DNA of 57,728 nt, counting the filler, from Thelocarpon superellum (lineage: Eukaryota): assembly GCA_026025795.1 (NCBI GenBank). It is 3 parts of 3 records of this genome, joined end to end, with 100 filler letters (N's around TTAATTAATTAA, not from the genome) between each part and the next. Parts side by side here need not be neighbours in the genome. Positions count along the whole stretch, not along the records: positions 19,384 to 38,516 come from JAPEUG010000348.1; positions 38,617 to 57,728 come from JAPEUG010000349.1; 1 more part is not named here. The stretch is one strand, 5' to 3'. The translations under genes were made by a program, and so were the position numbers. Position 1 is the stretch's first letter. Each line of letters starts with the position of its first letter. Shown here piece after piece: positions 35,202-47,719 of the stretch. Under the pieces are notes generated by a model, which was not told the DNA's origin, made no database searches, and worked only from the letters and a program-made list of their open reading frames with translations.

Positions 35202-37281
35202 CGGAAGATGTGGAACGCGCACGGAGACGAGAGACTGTCGGAGGCACGATTCCACGTCCGAGTAGCTCCGGTTGAAGCACGGCGATCAACAGAGCATCGC
35301 GTGGTCGATGATTTTTTCCGCCACGACTAAGGACGGTAGTGGCACCGCGGTAGTGCGTGCTCGAGCTGCTCTAGGAACAGGGGTCCGCGGGTACAGCCGA
35401 CTGAGCCAATGACAGCTGCAACCCATGAGGAGCGGAAGATGGGGTAATGCAGTTGTACCTACCATCGCATACGACATGTATGAGGGTGCGCCATCCGGCG
35501 TGGTCACAGAAGTGGGCAGTCGATCGTCCAACCGGCACAAATTGCTGCACAGATTGCTCTAGTTGAAGCATCTTGTGCGAGTACAGCGCGGTGCCAAATT
35601 ACGCGGTCTCCACCTGGACCGCTGTGACAGGCGTGTCGTCTAGGCCAAGGTAGGAATGACGATAGCCGGGACAGTCGGCAGGCGGCATGATCTCATGATT
35701 CGTTGGATCGTGCCGGATGCCGCGCGGCCAGCACCAGTGCCCCGGTTCGCACAGCCTTCTCGCGACTAGGCTAAGGGAGCGAGCGCCTGCGTGAAGGGGA
35801 TGGGTATAGGCTTGCAGGTGGCCCATGCTTGGTTTCTACGAATTGCGAGATGGAGAGGGACCCGGCTTCGAGTGGCCTACTTGCACAGGAGCCCATACCT
35901 CGTACTCTGACGGCAGTACACGGCTCGGAAACATGCAGGCGCATGTACTTTGTACGAAGTAGCTGTAACGTAGTTTAATTGTTCGTCGTCTCTTTCGAGA
36001 AGAGATTTTGCAGAACCAATTGCGTAGGGCTTCTTCGACGGTCGCCCCATGGTGGCGGGTCAGAAATAAGGGTCGTGATGACGGACAGACGGCGGAAGGA
36101 GTACCGATAGTCAGGAGCCCGAATTTGACTGGAAAAACACAAACATTCTCGTAATGCGGGATATTGCTGCCGACGACGGTGACGATCGTCACTAACCATC
36201 GGAAGAGGCTGATGTCCTGCGGTGGCGCCACTCGGATCCGCCGGGAGCGCTCTGGTCCGTGTGATACGTGCACCCGTACTCCGTACCCAGCGCTGGCGTC
36301 CATGGGCCCTGTGCGAGGGTACGTGGGTACAAATCGTCACTAGTATCTTATTCGTACGCTCTCGCTCCGTAGGTGTTGGGGGATGGGTGTTGTGTTCCCG
36401 GGCCAGGGAAATTCCCACAACTATTAGCGGAAACCTGCTATTTCCCTGCGAGTCTTACCCGCACATAGATTCTCCCGGCGTGCATGGCGGGTCCAACATC
36501 CCGGAGAGGCTGGGGACGGCGGACGAAGGGCCTGTACGAGTCCGATCATGTTCGACGCAGACAGGGGACCATGTACACAACGGCGTGCCCATTGTAGCCC
36601 GGCATTAGCCTGTAGCATGCCACCCACCGCTGCGCGACGAATACCAGACCGTCGCAGTAGGTCCGGCCCCCCGACGTCTTAGTTCGCCTCGGCCGCCTGG
36701 TCAGTTCTGTTCCTACAGAAGCGAGGAAGTGGAGAGAGCTTGACCTAACCGTAGGTTCGATCGATAGTCGGATCCCCGTCGCCCGCACTCAATCTAACGG
36801 GAACCCGTCGGTCATTCACTCCTCCTCCAGACCCTCCTTATGTAGTCCAGATTACCCTCCCTTCCCATATGCGCGATGTCCCTCTGTCGTGATCCTTGAT
36901 AGAGCCTGCTCTGCCCTCCTCTCCTCCCCTACCCCTCCTAATGACTCCTCTCTGGCTCATGCTCTCCCTCATCGCTTATCACATGCGCACGCGCGTCGCT
37001 TTCGCGCCTCTTGATTCCCAACTCCACCGACCTTGCTAGTCTCTCTTGGTGATCCCCAACGAAAACAACCTGCCCTCGGCAATCCCTTCACCCATGATAC
37101 GCCCAATTGCACGATAACGCTCAGCATTTGGGGGCCCTCCCCTCGGTGTGCTCTTCGGCCCCTCCTCTGCGTCGCCCTCGTCTCCCCGCCATTCTCCCCC
37201 CTCCGCTTCCGTCAACGCTACGTAACCCTCTTTTTGGACGAGAGGTATCCGTCCGTCAGTCTCGGTTGAATCCTCGTCACG

Positions 37282-38516
37282 ATGAGGAAAGCGGTGGCTG
37301 CCTTCCTCGTCTTGAATCTTCTCCTCGTCGCCTTCCTCGTCCGGAGCGTCGCTACCCTGCTGATGCTCCTGGTGGAAGATGGGTCGTCGGACGCCATCCA
37401 CCGGGCCGAGATCCCTGCGCCCGGATCCAACCTGATCGACAATCGGCCACAACTGATCCCCAAGATCATCCATCAGACATATGCCAACAACTCCATCCCG
37501 AGCGTGTGGCGCGAGGCGCAGCGAACGTGTATCGATCTCCACGAAGATTACGAGTACATGGTGAGTGCTGTGCGACCAATCATCCGGCCCAGCTGATGAT
37601 GTTCCACTAGCTGTGGACGGACGAAAGTTCTCGTAGCTTTATGGCAGCAGAGTACCCGTGGTTCCTTGAGACGTTTGACGGATACGACCAGACCATTCAG
37701 CGAGCTGACGCGATTCGATACTTTGTCCTCGCCCACTTTGGGGGGATTTATATCGACCTGGACGATGTAAGGTCTCTCGCCGAGCATCAGAGAGCATCAT
37801 CTAATGGATTCAGGGTTGCAATCGACGTCTCGATCCGCTCCTCTCATACCCGGCATGGTTGCGCAAGACAAATCCCACGGGCATCTCCAACGACGTCATG
37901 GGGTCGGTGGCACAGCACCCGTTCTTCTTGCGGGTGATCGAGTCGCTGCAGAGCTACAATCATCGATGGGCGCTTCCATACATCACGGTCATGTACTCGA
38001 CGGGCCCACTCTTCCTCAGCGTGATATGGAAGGAATACATGCAGACGGTCCGGGACGAGGGAGCCCGAGTGCGGATACTGATGCCCGACGAGTCCAACAA
38101 GCACGCCTGGAGCTTCTTCATCCAGCATCGTGGCAGTAGCTGGCATGGCGACGATGCACGGTACATCTTCTGGGTAAGTCTCGTCGATTCTGCGACTCTC
38201 ATGTACGGTTCTTGACCAGGCATGTGTCTCGCAACAGATGGGCCGACATTGGATGTTTCTCACAGTGCTGGGATTCTCCATCGCCGGACTCGTGGGAGTC
38301 TCCGCATGGTGGGTGTACGGACGAGTTCTTCTAGCGAGTGGACACCACCACAAGGGCTACTACCACGGACGAAGATGGGGATTAGGACTGGGTGCGGGAT
38401 GGCCAACACCGATGCTGCCGTGGCAAGCGTGGCAGGCTTGGCGATCTTCGGCAACGTCGCCATCCGCATCATCACCAAGGTGGCAGGCCATCTTCAAAGA
38501 GCGGGGCGCGGATCGC
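37282..38516 (+). CDS. SUR1: Mannosylinositol phosphorylceramide synthase (GT32, Sur1/Csg1); 3' end truncated
   Basis: Exons 37282-37560, 37611-37766, 37814-38173 and 38238-end. N-terminal TM, 'IPKIIHQTY', 'IQRADAIRYFVLAHFGGIYIDLDDGC' (DxD) and 'PYITVMYSTGPLFLS'. Confidence 0.93.
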
Positions 38517-38616
38517 NNNNNNNNNNNNNNNNNNNNNNNNNNNNNNNNNNNNNNNNNNNNTTAATTAATTAANNNNNNNNNNNNNNNNNNNNNNNNNNNN
38601 NNNNNNNNNNNNNNNN
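38517..38616. other. Artificial contig spacer (N44-TTAATTAATTAA-N44)
   Basis: Identical to the spacer at 19284-19383. Confidence 0.97.
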
Positions 38617-41600
38617 CCGCTCTGCGTCAGAGGAGTGTGGAGAAGAAGAGCGGGATGAGATGGGGTTTGCTGGGGTGAGTGGGGAGAAAGCTACCAGAGC
38701 GTGGGTAAGGCGAGGCGGCCGTCGGCGTGGGGGCCCGTGGTGGGTACAATGGGTCGGGCAACCACCAAAGGACTACTTATTCTGACGTGTCATCATTTGC
38801 GTGCACTTCTCGAGCTGGCAGCGTCGGCATGCGCTCAGACGTGGTCGTCGGGGGGAGCGGGATTTTTCAGTCGTGGTGCTTGTGGTGCTTGTGGGTGGTG
38901 TCTCGCCAGTGGTGATCGTGGCCGGCACCGGTCAGCTCATCTCGTCTTGCTGTGAAGAAGAGGACCACGCCGCAGCGGTCGCAGCACGCCGAAAATCCAG
39001 CGCTCTCGACGAACCACCACTAACTCCCACAACGACACCATCATCCCTCCGCAGGGTGACTAGGCGATTAGTTGCCGCATATGTCGCCAATGATTAGGTT
39101 TGGCTAGTCCATGGACTTGACGCCGCATCCCAAGGCGACCGGGGGGGGGGTGACCTGGACTAGTCCGACCCAAAGACTTGTTAGGTTGCGGATGATGGGG
39201 AGACGCATGCCGAACAGAGCCAACCGCCTTTTTTCGCTGGTTTTTTCCGCCAGTCGGGGCTGTGGTTGGTCCAGCGGGCCAGTCGGAGGCCCAGGCAAGG
39301 CCGTAAATGATGTCTTGCCTCGAACCCCGCATATGCGCCACGCGTATGTGCGAGCGCGAGTCGCGGGCGAGCACATCCAAGTCTGGGTCGATTACGAGGT
39401 CCGGCGTGTTTAGTAGTGCGCACGCGGGCGTACTCGTACGTCCGGACCGTCCAGAACAGGGCACTCGTAGAAGCAGTGGTACTCGTACTCAGCGTCCTCG
39501 TACTCCACTCTCGGGCGCGTGCCAGGCCTGCGAGGGGCGACCTGACCCCGCGCTGAGCCCTTGTCGCCGCCTGTCCCTCGGTCTGGCCCGCAGTCGGGGG
39601 ACGGTACCATCGTGCGGTGCCACGGCGAGCTTGGCCTTGTGCGAAAACTCGTACCCGGCTCCGTCACCACTCCCTCGCCCCTCGACGCCCGTGGTCCCAT
39701 CGATACGCTTCCGCAGTCCCTTCTCTGGGCCGTACCGTGTCTCGTGCTTACTGATTCATCGGGCGCACGAACGATCGATCGCCGCACCGGCTCCGGAGGG
39801 TGGTCGGACACCGACCCCCGGTCGGCACATGACATCCTCCCTATTGGCAGCTCGGGGGTGCGTCAATCCTCAGCATCGTGCGGGTATGAGTAACATACTC
39901 GTCCTCTTGTTCCGCCCAGTGGCCGTCTCTGGGGCCTTAGGGGAGAGCCGTGCCGGTACTCGCCACTCGTATCTTCGCACCACCGCCGCATGCCCAGCCT
40001 CGCTTCGCATCCGCCACTCACCGACGAGCATTGGGCAGGCGACCAGCAGGTGTGAAAAAAGAGCTCGTGTGCAGACAGGCTCGCCTAAGACTCGGACAGG
40101 CTCATCGCGGCGGCGGAGGTGTGCCGTCGCTCCTACTGGCAGGGATCTAGCCGGACTCGGGGGACCTCGGACCCAAGATGACGAGGCGAGGTCTTGGATC
40201 GTTCGGTCGGTCGCGATGCATTATGGCATGGTGCAAGGTAATGCGAAGTATATACGAGCCTCCTTTGCCCGCACCACAACCTAAGGTTCCTCCCTTGTGC
40301 TTCCGGCGCCGCCAGCGCTATCTACCTGGTGAGTGTTGCAGTATGTTACCTCATGCCAGACCCTCATCTCCTGCCCAGCGCGTGCGTTCATGACGCTGTC
40401 CTCGCCCGTAGAGAAAGCAGGGGGGAGGCCCCCAGGCGGTCAAGGTTTTCTCGCAGGGCAGGCGCGCTACCGCTACCGCTACCGCTGCAGCTGTAGCCCA
40501 ATCGGTCCCACAGACAAGCTGCTGTCCCTGGGACCGACGACACTCGACCCGCTGAAGGCTTGGTAACGTTCGAGCCTCCGTTTTCCTCCGGCCTTGGGCC
40601 TGATATCAGGACTGGTGCAGACTCACTAGGGCAGCATGAGCTAAGTAGTGTCGAAGCCGAGGTCGCGTCCATGGTAAAATTTGGAGGTAAACTGGGGACT
40701 GGGGACTGGGCACACGGAAACCCCACGTTGCGCAAGCGTGTCCATGGACGGAAGAAGGAGGGCTGGGGCGGCACCGCCGCTGGCCCAGGCGCCCCATCTC
40801 GGACCCATGGTTCCCCGAACGCACGGACGAGGTGGATCTGCAGGGCAGCTGCGCGGACGTGGAGCTGCCGGCACCCCACCCCGGGCAATGCACATCACGG
40901 ACACGGCGTCCCTTCCTATAGGCCTCGACAAACGCAGATGACGACGATGCCATTGGCTCGTTCTTTCTCATTGATCGCATCGAGTTCAATTTTCCTGTTC
41001 CCGTGAAGGAGCAGCTCACGCAGAAATCGGCGATTCCGCCAATGATTGCCTTTGTGATAGATACGACCCGCCGCGCTACGTAGGATCTTAGCCACTGGTC
41101 ACTGATGCCGCATGGTCCTGTCACTTTCCTCACCCGTCGCCGGCACTCGCCAGCGACGATGGCGGTCGTATTCGCCGACGACTGTGACTGGCGCGTCCCA
41201 TTTGCCCCTCGCCATGCCGAGCACGAGGGTTCGACACCATCGGGTCGAGGCAGGGCAATAAATTTTGCGTTGCAAGCACTCCACAGACCACGCCAATCTG
41301 CAGCGCCGCTCAAGACCCCACGGGCATGGCGATCTTTAGGGCGTGAACTGGTCCTTTTTGATGACTGCATGGGCGCTGGGGCATGGTGTGCACTGCCCGA
41401 TGCCGCGGCATCATCGCCCGCCGCACCTCGTCTAAAAGGACCGCGAGGGGAGAAACTTTCCAGCCGAGGACGTCATCGAGCGTGAGCGTGGACACCTCAA
41501 TGGATCGCCGGCCACCCCGTGCTGCGCGGGGCCCCTCCCTTCTTTTGCGTGGCTTGGCCTCAGATCAGCCCTGATGTCCGTCAGGGATAAAGGAAAAAAG

Positions 41601-43985
41601 TTTTCTATCACTACTGATGTGCCTGAAGCCTTACGGGTGTGCGGGGCGTTGGCAGTTCCACATGCCGGCCTATGTGTTGCGTCAGGTGATGGCTTGGTGA
41701 GTTCAGTAGTTGACTACTTTATCTGGTTGACGCGACTTGCTTTTGAGCTCCGCTGTTTCTCCCAGCCAATTTCACGATGCACCTTCGGCATACTTACGGC
41801 CGCTGGGGGCGGTAACTGATTGGGCCTTGCTTTGGGCCCTATGGCTCAGTAGTTGGGACAAGCATCTGGGGCGCTGAGGGATTTCATTCACCGCTCAGAG
41901 GTCATTGATAACAGGGGAGTCTCCACCCCATGTCCTAACTTCATCCACAGGGCGTACCTACTGGGACAGGGAGGGAAGGTTTCAATTTGAAGGAAGCTCG
42001 AGTCATAGAAGCTAAACCCCCCATCCGCTCAAAACTGCCTCCCCTCATCGACAAGCAATCTGATATGTTTGATGCCCACAGATCCGGGGGTGGGGGCGGG
42101 AGGTCTTGTCTTCCGCTCTGCTGCCCCGCGTCAAGTCATCGTTTGCGTGCAGGATGCAGAAGTCCAAGAAGTCAGAGGAACTTCCCCCCTGCTTCATAAG
42201 GAAGACACTGTTCCTCAACCTTTGTGATGCATGCAGCACCACCGCCGAAGCTTCTGTTCATCATCCCCAATGGGGTCTTATAAGCTTCCGACGACGTGAC
42301 CCGGTCCTTTCCCCGACCTGGTTCGGTCCATGATGCCGTCATAAGGGCCGGCCGTTCGACAAGCAGACAATACCTATATCGTGCCTCTACCTTCCAGCAC
42401 ACCCAGCATCCAAGTAGCACTCCCTTCACCGTTCGTCTGAAGGTATCTGCAATCCGCTAGCTTTGAATACCGCCACGGTTGAGCTTCTGGCGGCGTGAAA
42501 AGGGCGTGTGGGGAAACGTGGTGACCGGTGTGACTGCGGTGGTGTAAAGTCACAATGGCCACTTTGGCCAACCTTGTAGCTGCTCAATCCACGGTGCTTT
42601 GTGCCAGGGAGAAGCAGGTCGACCACGGTCGGTTCGTGAAGTGTCATTGGGCGATTGTGGCTCGTGAGGAGGACACAAACATGGATGATGGGTCGCCAAC
42701 CCTTTCGCCGTGGTGCCTTGGGTGCGTATGTGTGCGGCAGCACCCTTCTGAAATTGTATGGAAGCTCGATCGCGCGGAAGTCATCGGAGAGACGCAAATG
42801 ATCCGGAGGGTCGCGATGTGGTGGGTTGTCAGGGTATAGTTGAAGAGCGAGGCGGGAAGGTGTGAGCCTGTTTTGCTCCAGGCTGGTCTACGAGCATGCA
42901 CGCCGGATAATCCCACTAAGCGGGAACAAGTACTCGTGCGAAATACTTCGTACAGGATGATTTTGTCCTTCGGGCTTTCCTCAAGGCCTGGGTAGCTGCC
43001 GAGCGGCGTTGGCATGGACAACACAAGGCTCAGTACTCGTGCGCGTACAGTAAATTGTGGGTACCGTTGTGAGCTCCATACCTAGAGCTATTGCATTGCA
43101 CGTCACATCCCAATCACCTAGCTCGAAAGACCCAGCGGGACGGTTGGGCCCGCTGCAGGCCACTTCCAAAGATGCTTCTGGAAGGATACGCCCTCGTGGC
43201 CATCCTCTATGCGGCACCACCACACGCCGCGTCAGGCGGGACTGAGCGGGCGCTCACGCCATTTCGTAACGCCGCGGACGGGGGCGGTCGGGCAGGGTGG
43301 GGATGAGGCTCGGCGCCCCTGTCGAGTCGCGGTGGCGGCTTGCGGACGGCTCGAGAGCTCTGACAGGCATATTCACGTGTGAAGGGCCGCCACCAAGCCC
43401 GCAGGCCACAAGTACAGTTCAGTTAAGTAACTTGCAATAAACGACCGGCGGATCCGTACGAGTGCCCACCCCCCGTCTCCCTCGATGACTGTATTACTGC
43501 GGCGGCCACCCTCGCACGGACGATAGTACGGTCTGCCCCGGTGCGCGTGCTTGGTCAACGGCCTGGTTGGAGCGTGTCGAAGCTGGCAATCAACTAGCAA
43601 ACGTCGATGCGCTTGACACCATCTTGCCGCCTAATGCTGATGCAGTAGTGGGGCCACCTCCAACCTCTCTCCATCCTCTCATCAACCCATCACACAATCT
43701 GCTACTCGTGCTCCTGCTTCCACTACTGCTCCTCCTAGTACTAAGGCTACTGTGGATGCACTGATCGTGGCACCCAACTGGTTGCGCTGTACGTCCGGGG
43801 ATCCGTACTAAGACCACATCGGCGAACGCCACCGCCGCCGCCCCCATCTGTGGACCGGTACACTTCTCGGAGCACCTCCCCAGTCAGGGCCGAGCTTGAC
43901 TGTGCACCTACCCTGAGTGGCCCTTGCTTGAAGCCATCTTAGTCGAGTCTTACCTGAGAGCGAGGCAACGCCTCCCAATCTGAAG

Positions 43986-45596
43986 ATGTACGTCTCCCAC
44001 CACCTCCCTCCTCCGTGTCAAGCTCCGACGGGGCGGTAGGCCTGGGCTCATACGTGTGGTGCCAGGCGCATCACCATCTCCATCACCGCCCCCGGCGATG
44101 CAGTCGAGATGGACCTCCTAACGCTCGATCTGTCCGGGAGCATGAACACGGCCGATCTCAAGGCCCTGATCCAGAGCGAGAGCAACGTTCCACCGACGTC
44201 ACAGCACATCTACCATAACGGGCAGCTGTTGAACGACCAATCCAAGACGCTCGAGGAGCTGGGCATCGGCGATGGTGAGATGCTGGCAATGCACGTCCGA
44301 GACATGATCGGCGACACCGGAGTGCCATCGGTCGGCCGCGCGGGGTCAGGTGGGCTCACGCACACCAGCGGTGGGGCACGCTCTGCCGGGGCAGGGGTGG
44401 GCTCGGCGGGCAGTGGCGAGTCCGTGGGTGCCAGGGGCGGCCCGGATCCGGAGGTGATCCGTCTCCAGATCCTGGGCGACCCTCGCGGCCGAGCAGAAGT
44501 GCGCAACCAGAACCCGGAACTGGCCGATGCGGCCGAGGACCCAGACCGTTTCCGCCGCGCCTTCTACGAGGTCCAGCGGCAACAGATCGAGGCCGATCGA
44601 CGACGACAGCAGGACATTGCCATGTTAAATGACGATCCCTTCAACCCCGAGGCGCAAGCCAAGATCGAGGAGCTGATTCGGCAAGAAGCCGTCATGGAGA
44701 ACCTGCAGAACGCGCTCGAGCACAATCCTGAGGGTAGGTCATGGCGACGGCCGCCATCGTCGTGGAGGGGTTGACTGCGCTAACGGTCCTGTCTCGTAGC
44801 GTTCGGCAAGGTCCACATGCTCTACATTGACGTTGAGGTCAACGCGCACAAGGTCAAGGCCTTTGTCGACTCGGGCGCGCAGGCAACCATCATGTCGCCG
44901 AAATGTGCCGAAGCGTGTGGGATCATGCGGCTGGTAGACAAACGCTTTGCTGGCATTGCCCGTGGCGTGGGCACGGCCCAGATCATCGGGCGGGTGCACT
45001 CGGCGCAGATCAAGATCGGGACGATGTTCTTCGCCTGCAGCTTTACGGTGATGGAAGGCAAAGACGTCGACCTTCTCTTGGGCCTGGACATGCTTCGGCG
45101 GCATCAAGCGTGCATTGACCTACGCCGGAACCAACTTCTCATCCAAGATGTCGAGGTGCCATTTTTGGGCGAGGCCGACATCCCGCGAAACATGGACGAT
45201 CCCATGAATGAGCCCACGGTGGAAGGACCTGGCGGCACGCGGGTGGGCGCTCGATCTGGCGCTGTGGTCCAGGCCGGCCAGCCGACCCCTGGCAACGCCC
45301 CGGGTCCACCGTCGGCCGCGGGTGCAGCCCCTCGTGGTGGTCGCTTCCAAGGCCCGGGGCAAGCGCTCGGGGCAGGACCGAGGACGACGTCGATACCGTC
45401 GCTCGGTGGCCCTCAACCAGCGGGACAGGGTCCACCGGGCGCGCCCCCAGCACCACCCGCCGAGCCGTCATACCCTGCCGAAGCGATTGCGCAGCTCGAA
45501 CAACTCGGCTTCTCACGCCAGCAAGCTATCGCCGCTCTGGAGGCCACGGGCGGCAACGTCGACTACGCGGCCGGCCTGCTCTTCCAGGATCGTTGA
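43986..45596 (+). CDS. DDI1: DNA-damage-inducible protein Ddi1 (UBL - retroviral-like aspartyl protease - UBA), about 488 aa
   Basis: Exons 43986-43987 (AT), 44066-44733 and 44800-45596. UBL ('[23 protein letters not shown]'), '[24 protein letters not shown]', '[13 protein letters not shown]', and UBA '[30 protein letters not shown]'. Confidence 0.96.
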
Positions 45597-46015
45597 CGGA
45601 CGTCATTTGCATGGGCCCGGAGTTTTGAATGCCTACTGAGCCGTCAAGCAAGCCGGGGAGTGGAATAGCAGGTTGTGTTGTGTGGCGCCGTGCGGTGACG
45701 TTGCTGTGCCAGGCTCAAGGGTGGGACTGGGTGCTCGAGAGACGTTGAGCGGGCGTCGGCCGTTCGGGGCTTGCGCCGCAGTCTCTGAGACGACGACGAC
45801 GACGCTATATCTTGTATGTATGATAGTGAACCAACCACCCAACCAGATTTCAGGCCAGACCGGCACACGCAACCACGTATCCTCTCCATGATGCGCGCCT
45901 GATACCAGCCTTGAACGACCCATCGTACTACAGAATATACTACGCCCCTTCGAAGGAAGCGTCCGGAAATGTCTCCACTCATCAATGTCAGACATTTCCA
46001 AGCGAGCCCGACGGC

Positions 46016-47719
46016 TCAGCGGAGCTTATACACACAAGGCTTCAGCACGGCCGCGTCCCGGGCGAGCTCTGCATCAGTGCCATCACCAGCACCAGCACCA
46101 GCACCATCATGAAGACCCGAGAACTTGAGCCGCGAATGCTTCGGCGGCTTCAGATGCGTCATCCTGGTCCCTGCTCCGCCCATTCCGCCCCCTGCGCTCG
46201 CTGCCGCGGATGAGGTCGGGACGTTCTTTCCCCGCGTCGGCGTCGTGAGTTTCATAAAAGTCAGCTTCACGAACATCTTGTTGCTTGTGTCGATTGCGGC
46301 GGGGGGGTCGGTCGAGTGTGGAGGACCAGCGGGACCGTTGGGCGAGCTGGATGAGAGCACGAAGCCGCGCTTCTGTAGCACGGCGATGAATGGCGCGTAG
46401 GTCTCTTGTGCTGTGTCCGCGTCCTCTTGCCCGTCTACCTCCACCGCGAGGGTGTCTTCGTCGTTGGGCTCGTCGTCAGCTTGATTAGGTGCCGGGATGA
46501 TCTTCTGCTTCTTCTTCTTGTTCTTCTTGGTCGCAGGTGCGTTGGTGTCGGTGCCTTTCTTCGGATCGGGGCGCATGAAGCGGCTCTTGATCTCCGCGAT
46601 CCAGAGCTCGCCTTTCCAACGCAGGACGCGGAAGGCTTCGTCGATGAACTCTAGCCAGTTCGTGCCCATCAGCGCCAGGCAGAAGATGGCGATGTCTACG
46701 CCGCCGTCTCGCAGTGGGAGGTTGGCGATGTCGGCCAGGGTGACGAGGGGATGACGGCTTTGGAGATCAAAGGAGCATAGCTCCAGCTTCAGCTTCTTCT
46801 TCGTGTCCCGCATTGCCTGCGCCAGCTTGGCATCTCCGCATCCAAGATCTGCCACCGTACAGATACGGCCCGTACGGGGCAGTGGTGGCACAGTCGGGCC
46901 GGGATTGGCGGTGGATAACGCGTGTTTTGACTTCAGTTTTGGGTTCGAGCTGGTTTTGTTGCGTCCCCGGAGCTTCAGCTCCGCAATGTAACCGTCGACG
47001 GGGTTTTCTGGCCACACTTCGACCTGTCGCCGGAAGCCCTCGTGATACTCCTCGAACATTTCCGGGTTCTGTTGGAAGAGCTCGTGCGCATGCGTCGATG
47101 GCGTCGTATACAATGTCTGATTGAGATGACGGAACCGCGCGGCGGTCAACTTCTGCCGCATCGCAGCTTGCAGCGGGGTTAGCTGAGGCTTTGGATCTTT
47201 GGTTGTCGTTGCTGGAAGTTGAGAAGGCGTCGGCGGTGGTCGCTCTGGAGGCATCTCCCCCGTAGTTTGCATATGAGCTTTGGCCGCACGCTTCTCCTCC
47301 TTCAACTTCTTTCGCTTCTCGAACCTTTCCTTGCTGGACGTCCCGGGCTGAGAGGCCTCTGCTTCGGGTCCATCCTCTTTTGCGGTCGCTGCTTTGGCCG
47401 CCCCCTGACCATCCTCTTTACCTCGTGGCTGTTTCCGTTTCTGCTGCTCCGTCGATGAACTAGGCCGTCCGGGTTTTCCTGGATCCTCCCGGTTGTCCTT
47501 GCCCTCGATGAACCTCTCCCACAGACTGGCAAGATTTTCGCCATCTATGGTGACGCCGGGTGGTGACTTGGGACCTCGTTTGCGCTTGCGGTGGCGTTTC
47601 TGGCCGGACGTGGTTCCTTCACCGTCTGGTGTCTGAAGCGGCGGATGCCCGGCAGAATGGTCACTCGTTTGCTTGGCCAGAGAGGATGAAGATACCGCCC
47701 AGCCGGGGACCGCAAACAT
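46016..47719 (-). CDS. RRP8: 25S rRNA m1A methyltransferase Rrp8, 567 aa
   Basis: 'MFAVPGW', 'LTPLQAAMRQKLTAARFRHLNQTLYT', 'YHEGFRRQVEVWPENPVD', SAM motif 'VADLGCGDA', 'FCLALMGTNW' and C-terminal 'LKPCVYKLR'. Confidence 0.96.
   Translation of the reverse strand: MFAVPGWAVSSSSLAKQTSDHSAGHPPLQTPDGEGTTSGQKRHRKRKRGPKSPPGVTIDGENLASLWERFIEGKDNREDPGKPGRPSSSTEQQKRKQPRGKEDGQGAAKAATAKEDGPEAEASQPGTSSKERFEKRKKLKEEKRAAKAHMQTTGEMPPERPPPTPSQLPATTTKDPKPQLTPLQAAMRQKLTAARFRHLNQTLYTTPSTHAHELFQQNPEMFEEYHEGFRRQVEVWPENPVDGYIAELKLRGRNKTSSNPKLKSKHALSTANPGPTVPPLPRTGRICTVADLGCGDAKLAQAMRDTKKKLKLELCSFDLQSRHPLVTLADIANLPLRDGGVDIAIFCLALMGTNWLEFIDEAFRVLRWKGELWIAEIKSRFMRPDPKKGTDTNAPATKKNKKKKQKIIPAPNQADDEPNDEDTLAVEVDGQEDADTAQETYAPFIAVLQKRGFVLSSSSPNGPAGPPHSTDPPAAIDTSNKMFVKLTFMKLTTPTRGKNVPTSSAAASAGGGMGGAGTRMTHLKPPKHSRLKFSGLHDGAGAGAGDGTDAELARDAAVLKPCVYKLR

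Noticed and set aside
36077..36213. GTGATGA ... CTGA as a box C/D snoRNA
   Set aside because: No terminal stem and no perfect rRNA-complementary guide that I could identify.
36406..36416. GGGAAATTC, resembling RNase P RNA CR-I
   Set aside because: The following bases do not fit and I found no pairing CR-V segment.
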